DNA from: Epiperipatus broadwayi
Taxonomy: Eukaryota > Animalia > Onychophora
Assembly (NCBI GenBank): GCA_028023455.1
Contig: JAQFVV010000005.1
Coordinates: forward strand, 7,502,001-7,566,000
Reading direction: 5' to 3'
Length of the DNA stretch: 64,000 bases
Part shown: piece by piece, positions 39,001 through 50,780 of the stretch
Layout: each line of letters opens with the position of its first letter
Numbering within the stretch: the stretch's first letter is position 1
Notes under the pieces: generated by a model
What the model was told of the DNA's origin: nothing
What the model saw: only the letters and a program-made list of their open reading frames with translations
The model's database searches: none
Position numbers and translations under genes: made by a program

Positions 39001-42000
39001 AATTTTTATAAAATCTAACTTTTTTCTTTATTTTATATTATTTCTGCCCCCTCCCCAAATTATATACAAAAGGGGTAAGATAATTTAAAATGCTCTTATC
39101 TCTGATTGAAAAGCTATTTTCCAATCTTTGTTATTTATAAGAAAATAACTTAAGGAAAGAAAAAAAATTAATGTATAAAATCCACTAGTTAATTATTTTT
39201 TATATGAAATTATATTTTTGATAAAATGTATAAATTTAAATTATATTATCATGTCATTTTTTAAATTTTTCATTATTAATCAGTTATTTTATTAAATAAT
39301 TGTTTAAAAATATTCTACTAATTACTATATTCCTCCAGCTATTGGTTACATGAATTAGCAATATGTATGATTTGATTTCAATATAGTGTAGAGTTTGTGG
39401 AATTGGTTTCAAATTATAGTAGTAAAGTTATTTTAAAATAAATTGGTATAAGTAGTTATATTTATCTTTCACTCACAGTAACAGTTCATAAAGTTCATGC
39501 TTCCTGATCAAGATTAGAGGATAGCAATTAGTTATATGCTTGTAGGAGTTTATGTTGGTGCTTGGACATCCACATAATAACCTTGAATGGTGCAAAATTA
39601 GCACCTTTAAAGTCCATGGCTTCCATTTTATATTTTTTATTATTAGCAACTAAGTTTATATTTTGCCAGCACATTAATAGTACAATTTGTCCAGAACACC
39701 AATGATAATCAGCATGTTTCAGTATCAGCATCATTTTTTTTTATTATGAGTGATGGCTTAGCATTTAAGTATATGCATTCAGATAATTGTTTTATATACT
39801 GCTCTGAGTTTGGCAGAATTAAATAAATAGATAAAATTCAGTCACAAGGTTGACTTGATTTTTGAGTTTTTGTTAATAACTGATTAGTTTTGATTTAATT
39901 ATTTTTCTATAATGCTAGGGATGCACCTTGTGGTATTGTTCATACTGATTCTGCTTTTATTCACTGGATCTCATTTATCTTTATATATTTATTCATTATA
40001 TTTAATGAATTAGTTTCATGCCAATCATTGATAATTGTGATGTATTAAATGGGGATGATGATGTATTTCCATCTCATATCACCACATTGTAATGAAATTT
40101 AATGTAAGAATTGACAACAATAATCATAATTTAAAATTTTTTTATTGGCTTATCAATATTGCAACTATTATTTATTATTAATATCATTATCATTGCTGAA
40201 AATAACATTAAATTATATTAATATTATTGATAATATTATCTTATATCGTGAATTGTTAAACTGATTTAAGATATATTTTATATATACAGCATTTTTGAAT
40301 GTGCATCAAAATTTTTTTAACATGAATTTTATACTTAGTTATAAAAACTCACATACGTAAAATTAATTTTAAAAGGCAACATACTGAATAAAAGGCATAA
40401 CACCAACAATAATAAAAGTAAATTATTTAAAAATAATATCAGTATAGTAATAACTTTTATTATTATAAATACATACAATTACACTGAATAATGATAGCAA
40501 GTTTTAACATATGTGTGCATGCACAAATGTTTATATTTCTTAGATGTATTTAAATTTAAAAAAGTGTATGACATTAATTATGATGAGAAGGTAAAAAAAA
40601 TAAAACATCATTTATTTAAATATTTACAATGCAAAACTTTTAGTTGTAGTGTGATATGTATTTTAACGTCAATAATTAATGTAATATTGTAGTTAAAATT
40701 TTTAAAATGATTTTATTACAAATTAGCACTACAAATTTTTAAAACTTCCAAAGATTACCTGCTGCATATTGTATAATGGCAACAATGGTAAAAATTTTCT
40801 ATAGAAAGCTAAATGTGTAAATAATTTTGTATGAAAATAATAATCTCATTAGTCATGTGACACAAATCTACAAATGCATCTACATGTTCAGAATTGTTTA
40901 GTCTTCTTTATTAATTGTCATGCAAAATAACATATTGGACTTAAATTTAAAGTTAACCATATTGACATTTTTCAGTACAGTGATAATGGAATAGAAAACC
41001 AGATAAATATACTTTGAAGATGTCTTTAATGGAGAGCTAAATATCTAGCCATGCTCATCGCTTTGTAGTGTACTTTAAATGGAATAAAATTTAAGAACTT
41101 GAATTTAAATATGAAATTTAAAAACTATTTTGGGAATACTACTTTTGTTTAAACTATGTTACTCACTTATCTATTTTCCAAATATTTGCTTGATGTTAGA
41201 ATTACTACAGGAACCTAATGATTTCCAGTAAAACACTTATGTATTGGACAATTATCATTAAAAATGAGTTTTGACTAATGAATGTTATCTTCATCTGGAA
41301 AAACACTTTTATACTGGATAATTATTGTTAAAATAAATTTTTATCTAATGGATTTTATCATCATAAATCTTTCAAGAAAAGTTATAATTTATGAATGCCA
41401 TCTCTTATGAGATTAATAAATATCTTCCACGCCTGGAAAATAAAATAATTTATCATGTTTCTCTGGAATAATTTTAACTCACCATTAGTGGATTCAAAGG
41501 ATTCTTTATTTTATTCCATACTTAGGAAATAAAACAACTTATTGTAATTCTGGAATATTTTAAACTCACTATTATTGGATTGTACTTTTAAAAAGCTCAA
41601 ATTTTGTTTCTAATTATTCTATTATAAGGATTAACTTTTGTTTCACCTTCCATTAGGATTTTACAACTTAAAATGCTGATGGATTTAATCACTTTCAAAT
41701 ATTTTGAATGATTGTGCCAGAATAAATATTTTGAACTTTTTAAAAGATTTTGAATTAATTTTAAATTATAAAGATATATATTTCTTATAATTGTTTGTTA
41801 TAATATCTAGAATTATCTTGTTTAGTGAAAGTTTTCATAAGAAGCAAGGTATAATAAAAGAATATACAGTTAGTATATAAAATTTATGCTTACAATTTAG
41901 TATAAATGTGTTATTGATTCTTTTTACTATGGAGACTGGTTATTGATATTTAAAGTTAATAAATAATTATAAAATCATAATACCTGACATTTTAAATGTT

Positions 42001-45000
42001 TTATTGATCTATTAATTTAATTATGTTTCTATAATTAAAGGTATCTAACGTATATATTTGAAATATTTATTAACATTACATATTTTTTATCCATATAAGT
42101 AGTTTTAAGATTTTGTAAAGATTATATTGTACAGTATATTCAATTATACTTGTGGCACTGATACTTACATAAATATTATTGTTCAGTTGAATTAAACTTC
42201 TGATAAATTTGTATTCTTATTTTATTCACAATGTGAGCTTGATAAACCTTTCATGAAATGCCACTATTACCTATTGGAATCAGGTTAATTAAATCCACAT
42301 TTTAAAAGGAATATTATAAGTTGGGTTAATGTTTTGCTATTGTATGAAATAACAAGTTTATGAATCAGATATCTAAAAAAATGGATCTTATTATTTAATT
42401 AAAGTTACAATTAAACATTTTCTTTTAGTTCATTATTTATAATTAAGTTTTTTGAATAGATCTTAACAACTCTAAGAGTGTTTGTTTATATCATATCAAG
42501 ATATACCACACGTTTACTTATTAATAAAGTAGGAATTATTTTCTTAATTAAATACATAACAAGAATATTAATAATCACTGTCGAGAACTTGTTATTATCT
42601 CATTTATTTAAAATATATTTTTTATTCCCTATTGTTAGTAATTTAATTACATATTTTGTTAATTATCTTGTCTTCATCATTACTTAGTTAATACCATCTA
42701 ATAATTTTATAAATAAATATGGTTACATGATTATAATTATTATATATTATTTAAAAGGGATACTGTTTTATAAAAAATGTTCATTATTTTTATACACTTC
42801 CACCATTGACACTTTAATTGCTTATTAAAATACAAATTAAATACAATAAAATGTTTGTTATTTGATCATATCACTAATATTAATTTATAATTTTAAAGAC
42901 TTAAAATTTTAACAATAGTATTCATTATATTTTAATTATATAATTTTGAGATAATTTTAAATCAAACTCGTATAATATGAAAGCTTAGCACAAACTTACT
43001 ATCCCAAATATAAGAATGTGATATGATATATTTATTCTTGTAAATCCACCATTGTACTTTAATTCATATTAGAACTCTTGAAATATTATTGTGATTAATT
43101 ATAAATACACATTTGTACAGTGCTTCCTCAAAATAAATATTTTTATTATTATAAAGTGACCATCCAAGTGTTTAAAAGGTTAAGGTTGACGTTATTCAAT
43201 CGGTAATGATCAGAATTTGTCTTAGCATACATTATTTGGTTACAATATATATATATACTGATTTTTATAAAATTTTGATTTTGTGTTCATGCTCTATTTA
43301 TTTGCACATCCGGAATAATAATTTATATAATATATAATCAAAATAATTTTACTAATATGTGCCCCCATGTGTGAAATTGATTGTATAGATATAAATGAAC
43401 TATACCACCAGAGTTTTTTTTCATAAGAAATATATGTAAATTGAGGTTGAAGTATTATAATTGCCAAGTAAAGCACATCCTTTTCCATTCAATTGATTAA
43501 AATTAGAATTTTATTATCCTCAGCTAGAAATTGATTCTATGATTATTGATCTTCAACATGTACCTTTTGTCACTGCACTAAATCGTTGAGGGCTTCTAAA
43601 ATATATTGTCATTTTATCAGAATAAAAACAATAATTGCATTCAGTTATCTAAACTTAACATACTTTTTTTACTTCTCTCAATTGAAAATCCACCATTGAG
43701 TTATAAAGTAGCAGGAAGTAATGGGTCTCAGCATCAGAGGTAGATGAAATATTTTGAGACACATATTACAAATAAATCTATATTAATAAGGAACACAAAA
43801 ACAAACTATTCTCATATAATGACATCAATTGAAATGTCACACATTTTAATTGAAGAGCTGTATTATACAATGAAATCTATAAATAAATAAAAAATTGTAT
43901 GAAATGATAAAATCATGTTTTAAAATAAATAAAGTGAAACCATTGTAAAAAAAACTATATACCAAATATGTAAATGCCAAGAATACAACTGAGTGAAAGA
44001 ATAAATAGTGATATCTAAAAAAAAAAGAATAAGATATTTGGAATTACAGATTTATATCACTTAAGATTACAAATTGTTACTAGAACTCGTGCTAATGAAA
44101 AGAATAAATAGTATTTAAAAGTAATTTTAGCAAATGAATTGCCATTTTGTATTCAATTTGTAATTACAAAAAAAATTATGCACTATACAAGACTTTTTGT
44201 TGTGATTAAAGATTTGGAATATTATGATAAAGAGAAATCATGTTGACTAAGTTTGAATATTTATCAACATACATGGTGTCCAGTAAGAAGATTTGCATTG
44301 ATAAAAAAATATAACAGTATGATTTCATATATTCATAATTTTTTTCAGCAATTCTATGTTAAGTATTTTATGAATTAAAATAGAAGAGAATAAAAATATA
44401 TAGACACTACAAAAATCATTTAAATTTGTAAGTGATATAGTTGTTTCACAAATTATGCTTCACAACAAATGTTTACAAGAACTATCAAATAAACAAAAAA
44501 GATACAACTTAAAATAAATAACATAATAACCTTTTTAAAAAGATAAAATAATTTAAAAATTAACAATTACATATAACTTGATCAAGTTATTAATGTAAAT
44601 AGAATTGTAATGAATAAAATTATTCGTAGGATTAAACTGAATGAAGTGCTTTCAGAAAAAATATTTAAAAAGGTACTTCTGTCTAAAAATAAATATTTTT
44701 AATAAATGTGTTTTATTATTGTGCACTGATAAGTCTGAAGGTTAGACACTTAATAGAACTGCAACACAGAAGCTGCAAACAACAGCAAAGTTTGAAAAGA
44801 TATATGTTGAAATTAACAGAAATCGATTGAAAGTAAAGTACATGTTTAAAAAATCCACAGTTAGCAGCAACATTATTGATAAAGAGGCTGAAATGGAATT
44901 GGATAAAACAAATTTGAAAAGATGACAATATATCAACAATTGAGGTTATAAACTTTTTCTGAAAAGATTGTAAAAAACCTTAAGTTGGATGGATGAGAAA

Positions 45001-45239
45001 TTTTTAAGAGTCTTGTAGAGAAACTATGGATTGGATAAAGAGATCTTCTTACTGTCAATTGAGAATGGCTCTATTTATATTAGTTAAGTATGATTTCAAT
45101 TCTTAGGAAAATATTTCATAATAAAGAAATATATAAATGCAAAACTAATATTGTTTAAAGAAGTAGTAAATAATAATTGTAATCTATTGCTTTGAGTGCT
45201 GGATTTACCAGAGGACATACTCAAACATTCATAATTCTC

Positions 45240-45545
45240 AATAATAAAATGCGATATTACAATAATGATGCCATTAATCAAAAAATAGTTTAAATGTACA
45301 CCAAACAGTAAATGATTTTGATTTTTAAGTAATTTGGAACAACTTTTAAAAACTAACAACTTTTAAGAATCACATTTAAAGCTATATTATGTTATACAGA
45401 TTGCTCAGATTTTAATATAGCTTTAAATGTGATTCTTAAAAGTTGTTCCAAATTACTTAAAAATCAAAATCATTTACTGTTTGGTGTATATTTAAACTAT
45501 TTTTTGATTAATGGCGTCGTTATTGTAATATCGCATTTTATTATT
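45240..45545. repeat. near-perfect fold-back (arms ~150/133 bp, 23-nt loop)
   Basis: 45240-45389 is the reverse complement of 45413-45545 with 3 substitutions and a 17-nt insertion in the left arm. Confidence 0.95.
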
Positions 45546-45719
45546 TTATTTTAAATATCATTCTTAAAAATTGTTAATTTTTTAAAGTTGTTAGTTTTTA
45601 AAAGTTCTTTGTTAATGTTGAAAATCATACAAGTCGCATTTATTTTAAATATTATTCTTAAAAGTTTTTTGTTAGTGTTATAAGTTTTACTATTTTTTTA
45701 CTTTTACTTATTTTTAGTC

Positions 45720-45865
45720 CTGCAACATGGATCATGTATTAGACCTACTGCACCTGTTGACATTCATATCAACCTCCCAATAACTTAATTCAGTACATGA
45801 GTATTAAAGCTGCAACACAGAGCATGTATTAGATCTACTGTATCTGTTCACATTTGTATCAATCT
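45720..45865. repeat. diverged tandem duplication, period 90 bp
   Basis: ctgcaaca..catgtattaga.ctactg.a.ctgtt.acatt..tatcaa at 45720 and 45810. Confidence 0.8.
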
Positions 45866-46808
45866 GCTGATAACTCTTGTGATCTGACCAAAATAACGTG
45901 TACACAGATCTTATATACTACTTCTTCGGCAAAAAAAAAACATGTACACAGATCTTGGCAAAAATTACAGTGTCATTTTTGGATTAAAGAAAAATCAAGT
46001 TATCAATTTTTTTATCTCTGCATTATTTATTCAACTTTTTAAGCTATGTAATTTTATTTTAATGTTTAAAAATTTCTACCTCTTTAAAAATAACATTTTT
46101 TTTGAGGCTTACCCATTTTATGCTGTTAACATAAATGTCAACACATATTTAAAATTGTTGATTTTTCAACTTTATTCTACTGCTTCCAATAAAAGTAATA
46201 TAGGAATATATATATATTTAATGCCCCCTTTATGTTGAACCATTCCTGACACACTCAAACATGTAGTAGGATGAGATGTAGTGCATTTTAGCACATGTGG
46301 AAAGAATAGTTACTTCCACAATATTACAGATATATAAATCATTATATTATGAATTAATACATACAAACACATTTATACGTATATTAGATAATTAATCTTT
46401 ATAAAAAAATATCGTCTTTGTAATATAAATTTTGATTAATTTTATAATATGGTCTATATCTCTTTCATAGATATATAAAGCAGAATTAAGATATTTATTT
46501 TTAACCCTAGTTTTATGTACTTTTATTCTTTCATCTAAGCTCAAACTATTTGAACTATATACAAGTTTTTGAAGAAACAAGGAATACATTACTCCTGGAA
46601 TAATATTCCTATCAAAAATCTCATTTGTATTATTTAATAAATTATTCAAAGTAGTATTCTTACTTAAAATTCTATAAATAGAGAATTTAGAAGATGAAGA
46701 AATAAAATCATATTTTTATTTATCCTTCACATTATTACAATTACTAACAGTACTGTAATTACTAAACATTACATGATCATCATTTCTTATGCTTACACAA
46801 ACTGTTTA

Positions 46809-47025
46809 CACAGAGGCTAAACTCTCCATACAGTATGCCACCAGTGCAAGCCAAAGTAATCAATGGATGGAAAAAGGTTTGTGCATAAAATCCCTATTGA
46901 GTGCCTACTCATCAGGGATATTGGATGAGTAGGTACTAGATAGGGATTTTATGCACAAACCTTGCATCCCTTGATTACTCTGGCTTGCACTGGCGGCATA
47001 CTGTATGGAGAGTTTAGCCTCTGTG
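46809..47025. mobile_element. 217-bp palindromic MITE flanked by TA (Tc1/mariner-type TSD)
   Basis: ta|cacagaggctaaactctccatacagtatgcc ... ggcatactgtatggagagtttagcctctgtg|ta. The first 31 bp are perfectly inverted, the whole body pairs at ~90%, and the loop is 10 nt (46914-46923). Confidence 0.85.
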
Positions 47026-47206
47026 TACTACAATTGCTATTAAATAAAATACTCTTAACAAATTTTATCAGAGTATCCAAATAATGTTTATAAAATTGAC
47101 TTTTTTTGTAATAAAGCAACTTTATTAGAACAATTTTATCTCTGATTTTTTATAGCAATAGTTTCTTAAAGCAGACAGATTTATAGGAGACAGATTGATA
47201 GCTGTC

Positions 47207-47350
47207 AGATGTGATATGTTGGACTATTTCCATCATTTATGAGTGAATGTTGAATATATAGAAAATTTTAAACTTTACTTAAACTTTTTAAATAGAAACA
47301 ACTTGTTAGTAATAACACACAGATAGAAAATAGTCCAACATATCACATCT
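47207..47350. repeat. 23-bp perfect inverted repeat with 98-bp spacer
   Basis: agatgtgatatgttggactattt (47207-47229) / aaatagtccaacatatcacatct (47328-47350). Confidence 0.9.
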
Positions 47351-47416
47351 TATAATATACCATCATTACAAACCTTCAGACAAATGATAACTGTCAGATT
47401 TAGTTACAGATCTTAA

Positions 47417-47590
47417 ATCTTTAATTTAACATAATGGCTACATTACCAATAAATCGAAAAATTTTAATTTAAAAAAATTTACCCCTCCCCCTCCTAAAAT
47501 ATATTTTATAAAAAGATCAAAACAATTAAATTTATTTAACAACTATTACAATTTATTATTGTCAATTACAAACAAACAGTCATCAACATA
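47417..47590 (-). pseudogene. Penelope-like RT catalytic remnant
   Basis: One frame reads YVDDCLFVIDNNKL**LLNKFNCFDLFIKYIL....FFKLKFFDLLV, matching the PLE pattern YVDD..LNxFNSFD..IKFT..FLDL. Confidence 0.7.
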
Positions 47591-48131
47591 TAATTAAATA
47601 CTACAAACAGTTAAAAGTCTCATTTTCCTTCTTTCTTTACAAAAACTTTATTTTCTCTCTATATATTTATCCACTTGTTCATTATATGCAATGTTTCAAC
47701 TATATTTAATTTATAGTCATTTTCAAGGATCTAGAAAAAAACACATTTCATTATAACAACCTTCATAACTATCCACGCATTAAATCCAAAAATATAAAAA
47801 ATAAAATAAAACAAAATATAATAAATAAATATTAAAATATAAAAAACATAAAACACGACCCCCCCCCACCACACACACAACAATTCATCCATACTAAAAA
47901 CCTTTCTCCCCACTTTTATGTTTTATGTTTTTGTATTTAATGTGTGGATAGTTATGGAGGTTGTTATAATGTAATGTGTTTTTTCTAGATTCTTGAAAAT
48001 GACTATAAATTAAATATAGTTGAAACATTGGATATAATGAATAAGCGGATAAATATATATACAGAAAATAAAGTTTTTGTAAAGAAAGGAAGAAAATGAG
48101 ACTTTTAATTGTTTGTAGTATTTAATTATAT
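47588..48131. repeat. inverted duplication, ~205-bp arms, ~130-bp spacer
   Basis: 47588-47795 is the reverse complement of ~47925-48131, at about 90% identity by eye. Confidence 0.9.
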
Positions 48132-48305
48132 ATTTATATGTGATGTATATTTTGAAAAGAAAAAAAAGGAGGAGTATTGATTAGAAGTTTTTAAATCATC
48201 AACATATCTAGCAAATAAATAACTTTAAATATACACTTTTGTAATGAATAATTTTCTCGTCTAAATAATTCAAACTGAACAAACTAATGGTACAATAATA
48301 TAATC

Positions 48306-48775
48306 CAGAGGTGGGCAATTGTTTTCACTCAGGGGCTACAGTGGTTGGAGGAGGGCCACTTTGTGGAAGCGAAGATTAGCTGAGGGCTGCACCTTTTTTC
48401 ATGATACAATAAACACACTGCTTTATTCCCTGTATTACCAAAGAAATATTTGTCCATTCTTAATTAAACACATGACATTCATCACCGATTTTACATTTTT
48501 TCGGAGGGTTCATGGTTTCACTAAAGTTGGAAATGTATATATTTGCTAATGCAAAGACAAAATTGAAATTAACCAGATCAATCAGAAAAGCACTCATATC
48601 TACACTGCACATGTGTATTGATGTGGCCATCCTAATGGAAAATACAAGACAAATTTTCAGTCGTGCATGAGAAGGAAATCTCAGTTCAAGGTGGATTTTT
48701 CTGATTGTCTTGGTGGGCCGCTTAAACTCTTTGTGGGCCACATGAGACCCTTAGGCCACTATTTGCCCACCCCTG
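48306..48775. mobile_element. 470-bp non-autonomous hAT element (Buster/Charlie-type MITE)
   Basis: TIRs cagaggtgggcaa / ttgcccacccctg. Perfect 8-bp TSD atataatc (48298-48305; 48776-48783) with central TA. Subterminal gggcc repeats. Confidence 0.93.
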
Positions 48776-49093
48776 ATATAATCTATTATCCACCCTTTCT
48801 TAATCTTTATAAAACTTACTATAGTAAGTAAAATACATAGCCTTCTCGATTAATAAAAGCAAATCTTTAATAACTTATTCTTAGACAAAGAACTATTATT
48901 ACTCAACAAAAAAATAAGAACCTCAGTAATGCTTAATCTATTACATATACAGTATATGTATATATCGTAATAGATGTTTAATTTCTCTGAAATGCAATAT
49001 ATAGAGGGTTTGAGCTCAGTCTTTTACATGACCCTCAACTATCCATGCTATCTCATACTGCTGATACACTTGATTACACACATCGAAAAATAA

Positions 49094-49152
49094 ATAATCA
49101 CCAATATACATATTTTGTGCTAAACCAGCACTCGTCAGTTGGTCCAGATTAT
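49094..49152 (-). ncRNA. type I hammerhead ribozyme fold, copy 1 (G12 to A)
   Basis: Minus strand: ATAATC-tgg-ACCAA CTGACGA GTGCT ggttt AGCAC AAA ATA tg TAT A TTGGT GATTAT. Confidence 0.8.
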
Positions 49153-49302
49153 CATCTCACCTATATACAATCAATGCTCAGCTTATATTAAGATAGCCAT
49201 ACTTCATATTTTAATAGACAGGCTTCAATCCACTCCACCCCACAACTCTTCAGCTGTCCATTTCATTGAAAATCTGATGATGGATTGCTCAATAGTAAAC
49301 AT

Positions 49303-49362
49303 ATAATCTGGACCAACTTATGAGTGCTGGTTTAGCAACAAAATATGTATATTGGTGATTAT
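49303..49362 (+). ncRNA. type I hammerhead ribozyme fold, copy 2 (core CTTATGA, G12 to A, +1 in stem II)
   Basis: ATAATC-tgg-ACCAA CTTATGA GTGCT ggttt AGCAAC AAA ATA tg TAT A TTGGT GATTAT. Confidence 0.7.
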
Positions 49363-49792
49363 TTATCTTTTTGACATGTGTGTGATCAAGTGTGTCAGCA
49401 GTATGAGATAGTGCAGATAGTTGAGGGTCATGTGAAAGTCTGAGTTCAAACCCCCTATATATTACATATTGGAGTGCAGGTATGAAAAAGCCTGTACTGT
49501 AGAAAAAAATTCATATATTAAAATATAGTGCTGTAAGGTCTGCCCATCCCTCGTATATGTATGTAAATGGATTATGTCCTGTACATGAGGGGTCAGAGTG
49601 ACTTATGGTCAACATGGGTAGGATGAGAAGGTTGGCACTAATGTGGGCTTTGAGCATTCCATCATCAGATTTTCAATGAAATAGATGGCTGAAGAGTTGT
49701 GGGGTGGAGTGGATTGAAGCCTGTTGATTAAAGTATGAAGATTGGCTATCTTAATATAAGCTGAGCATTGATTGTATAGATGTGTGGAGATA

Positions 49793-49851
49793 ATAATCTG
49801 GACCAACTGATGAGTGCTGGTTTAGCACAAAATATGAATATTGGTGATTAT
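49793..49851 (+). ncRNA. type I hammerhead ribozyme fold, copy 3 (G12 to A)
   Basis: ATAATC-tgg-ACCAA CTGATGA GTGCT ggttt AGCAC AAA AT atga AT A TTGGT GATTAT. Confidence 0.8.
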
Positions 49852-50261
49852 TTATCTTTTCAACATGTGCATGATCAAGTGTGTCAGCAGTATGAGATAG
49901 GGTGGATAGTTGAGGGTCATATGAAAGTCTGAGTTCACCCTCTATATATTACATATTGGAGTGCAGGTATGAAAAAGCCTGTACTGTAGAAAAAATTTAT
50001 ACATTAAAATGTAATAATAAATATAACTTAAAATATTTATTGGCTAATTGTAAATATATTATCTTAAGTTGTATACCTTATAAAACGATCTTTACAATTC
50101 CAACATGTCATCTTATGTTATAATTTTAAAATGTTATATATCATGGTAAAATACCATATTTAATTTTCTACACTTTTTATGAATTTCCGTAATAATTTAC
50201 TGTACTAATTTTATAATTATTTACAAAAATGTAACTAAGAAATACTATGGTTAGATACCTT

Positions 50262-50780
50262 TTAATCTTCATTCTCAAAACCCAGAAATTCATCTTCAGA
50301 GCTGAAAGAACAATCACTTGAAACTTCTTTTTCAGAAGCTGATTCTTTGTATAACAAATTATTCTCACTGCCATTAAGTGAGTTATTAATTTCATATTTC
50401 TAAATAACTTCACAACTGTTATGTTTCACAGCATCCTATGAAATTTTGACTCATTCACAAATCTATGAAATGTTAAGCCTTTTTATTATTTCTGATGGTA
50501 TCAATTCAAAATCTGTAGACTGCATCCAACTATTCCACTTCTCCTTCATGATTTATTAATGCATACATCTAAAAGTTGAATCTGGCTTGTTATCCCACCT
50601 GGAATTATGCTAATTGAGTTTTCAGTTGATTGATTTTATTTTTCACAGCTTCTGTTCTGTGACTTCAAAACTTATCCCACACTAGCAAAGCAGGTTTTTT
50701 AACAGCACACCAAGATGCCTAGACCAGCACATCATTTTTCCCATTCCTCCAGATTTAGATTGAATGTGCACAAACACACC
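50262..50780 (-). pseudogene. pogo/Tigger (DDE_1, POGK-like) transposase C-terminal remnant
   Basis: GVFVHIQ..WSRHLG.LLKKPALLVWDKF*SHRTE; A*IPGGITSQIQLLDVCINK; NNSLNGSEN; acidic tail SSEDEFLGF*. Confidence 0.85.

Larger units (their letters stand above)
48992..50010 (+). mobile_element. non-coding hammerhead-bearing element (retrozyme / PLE pLTR-like) with tandem and inverted copies
   Basis: 48992-49292 is the reverse complement of ~49650-49950, and 49303-49525 is a direct copy of 49793-50010. Each block contains the hammerhead fold. Confidence 0.8.
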
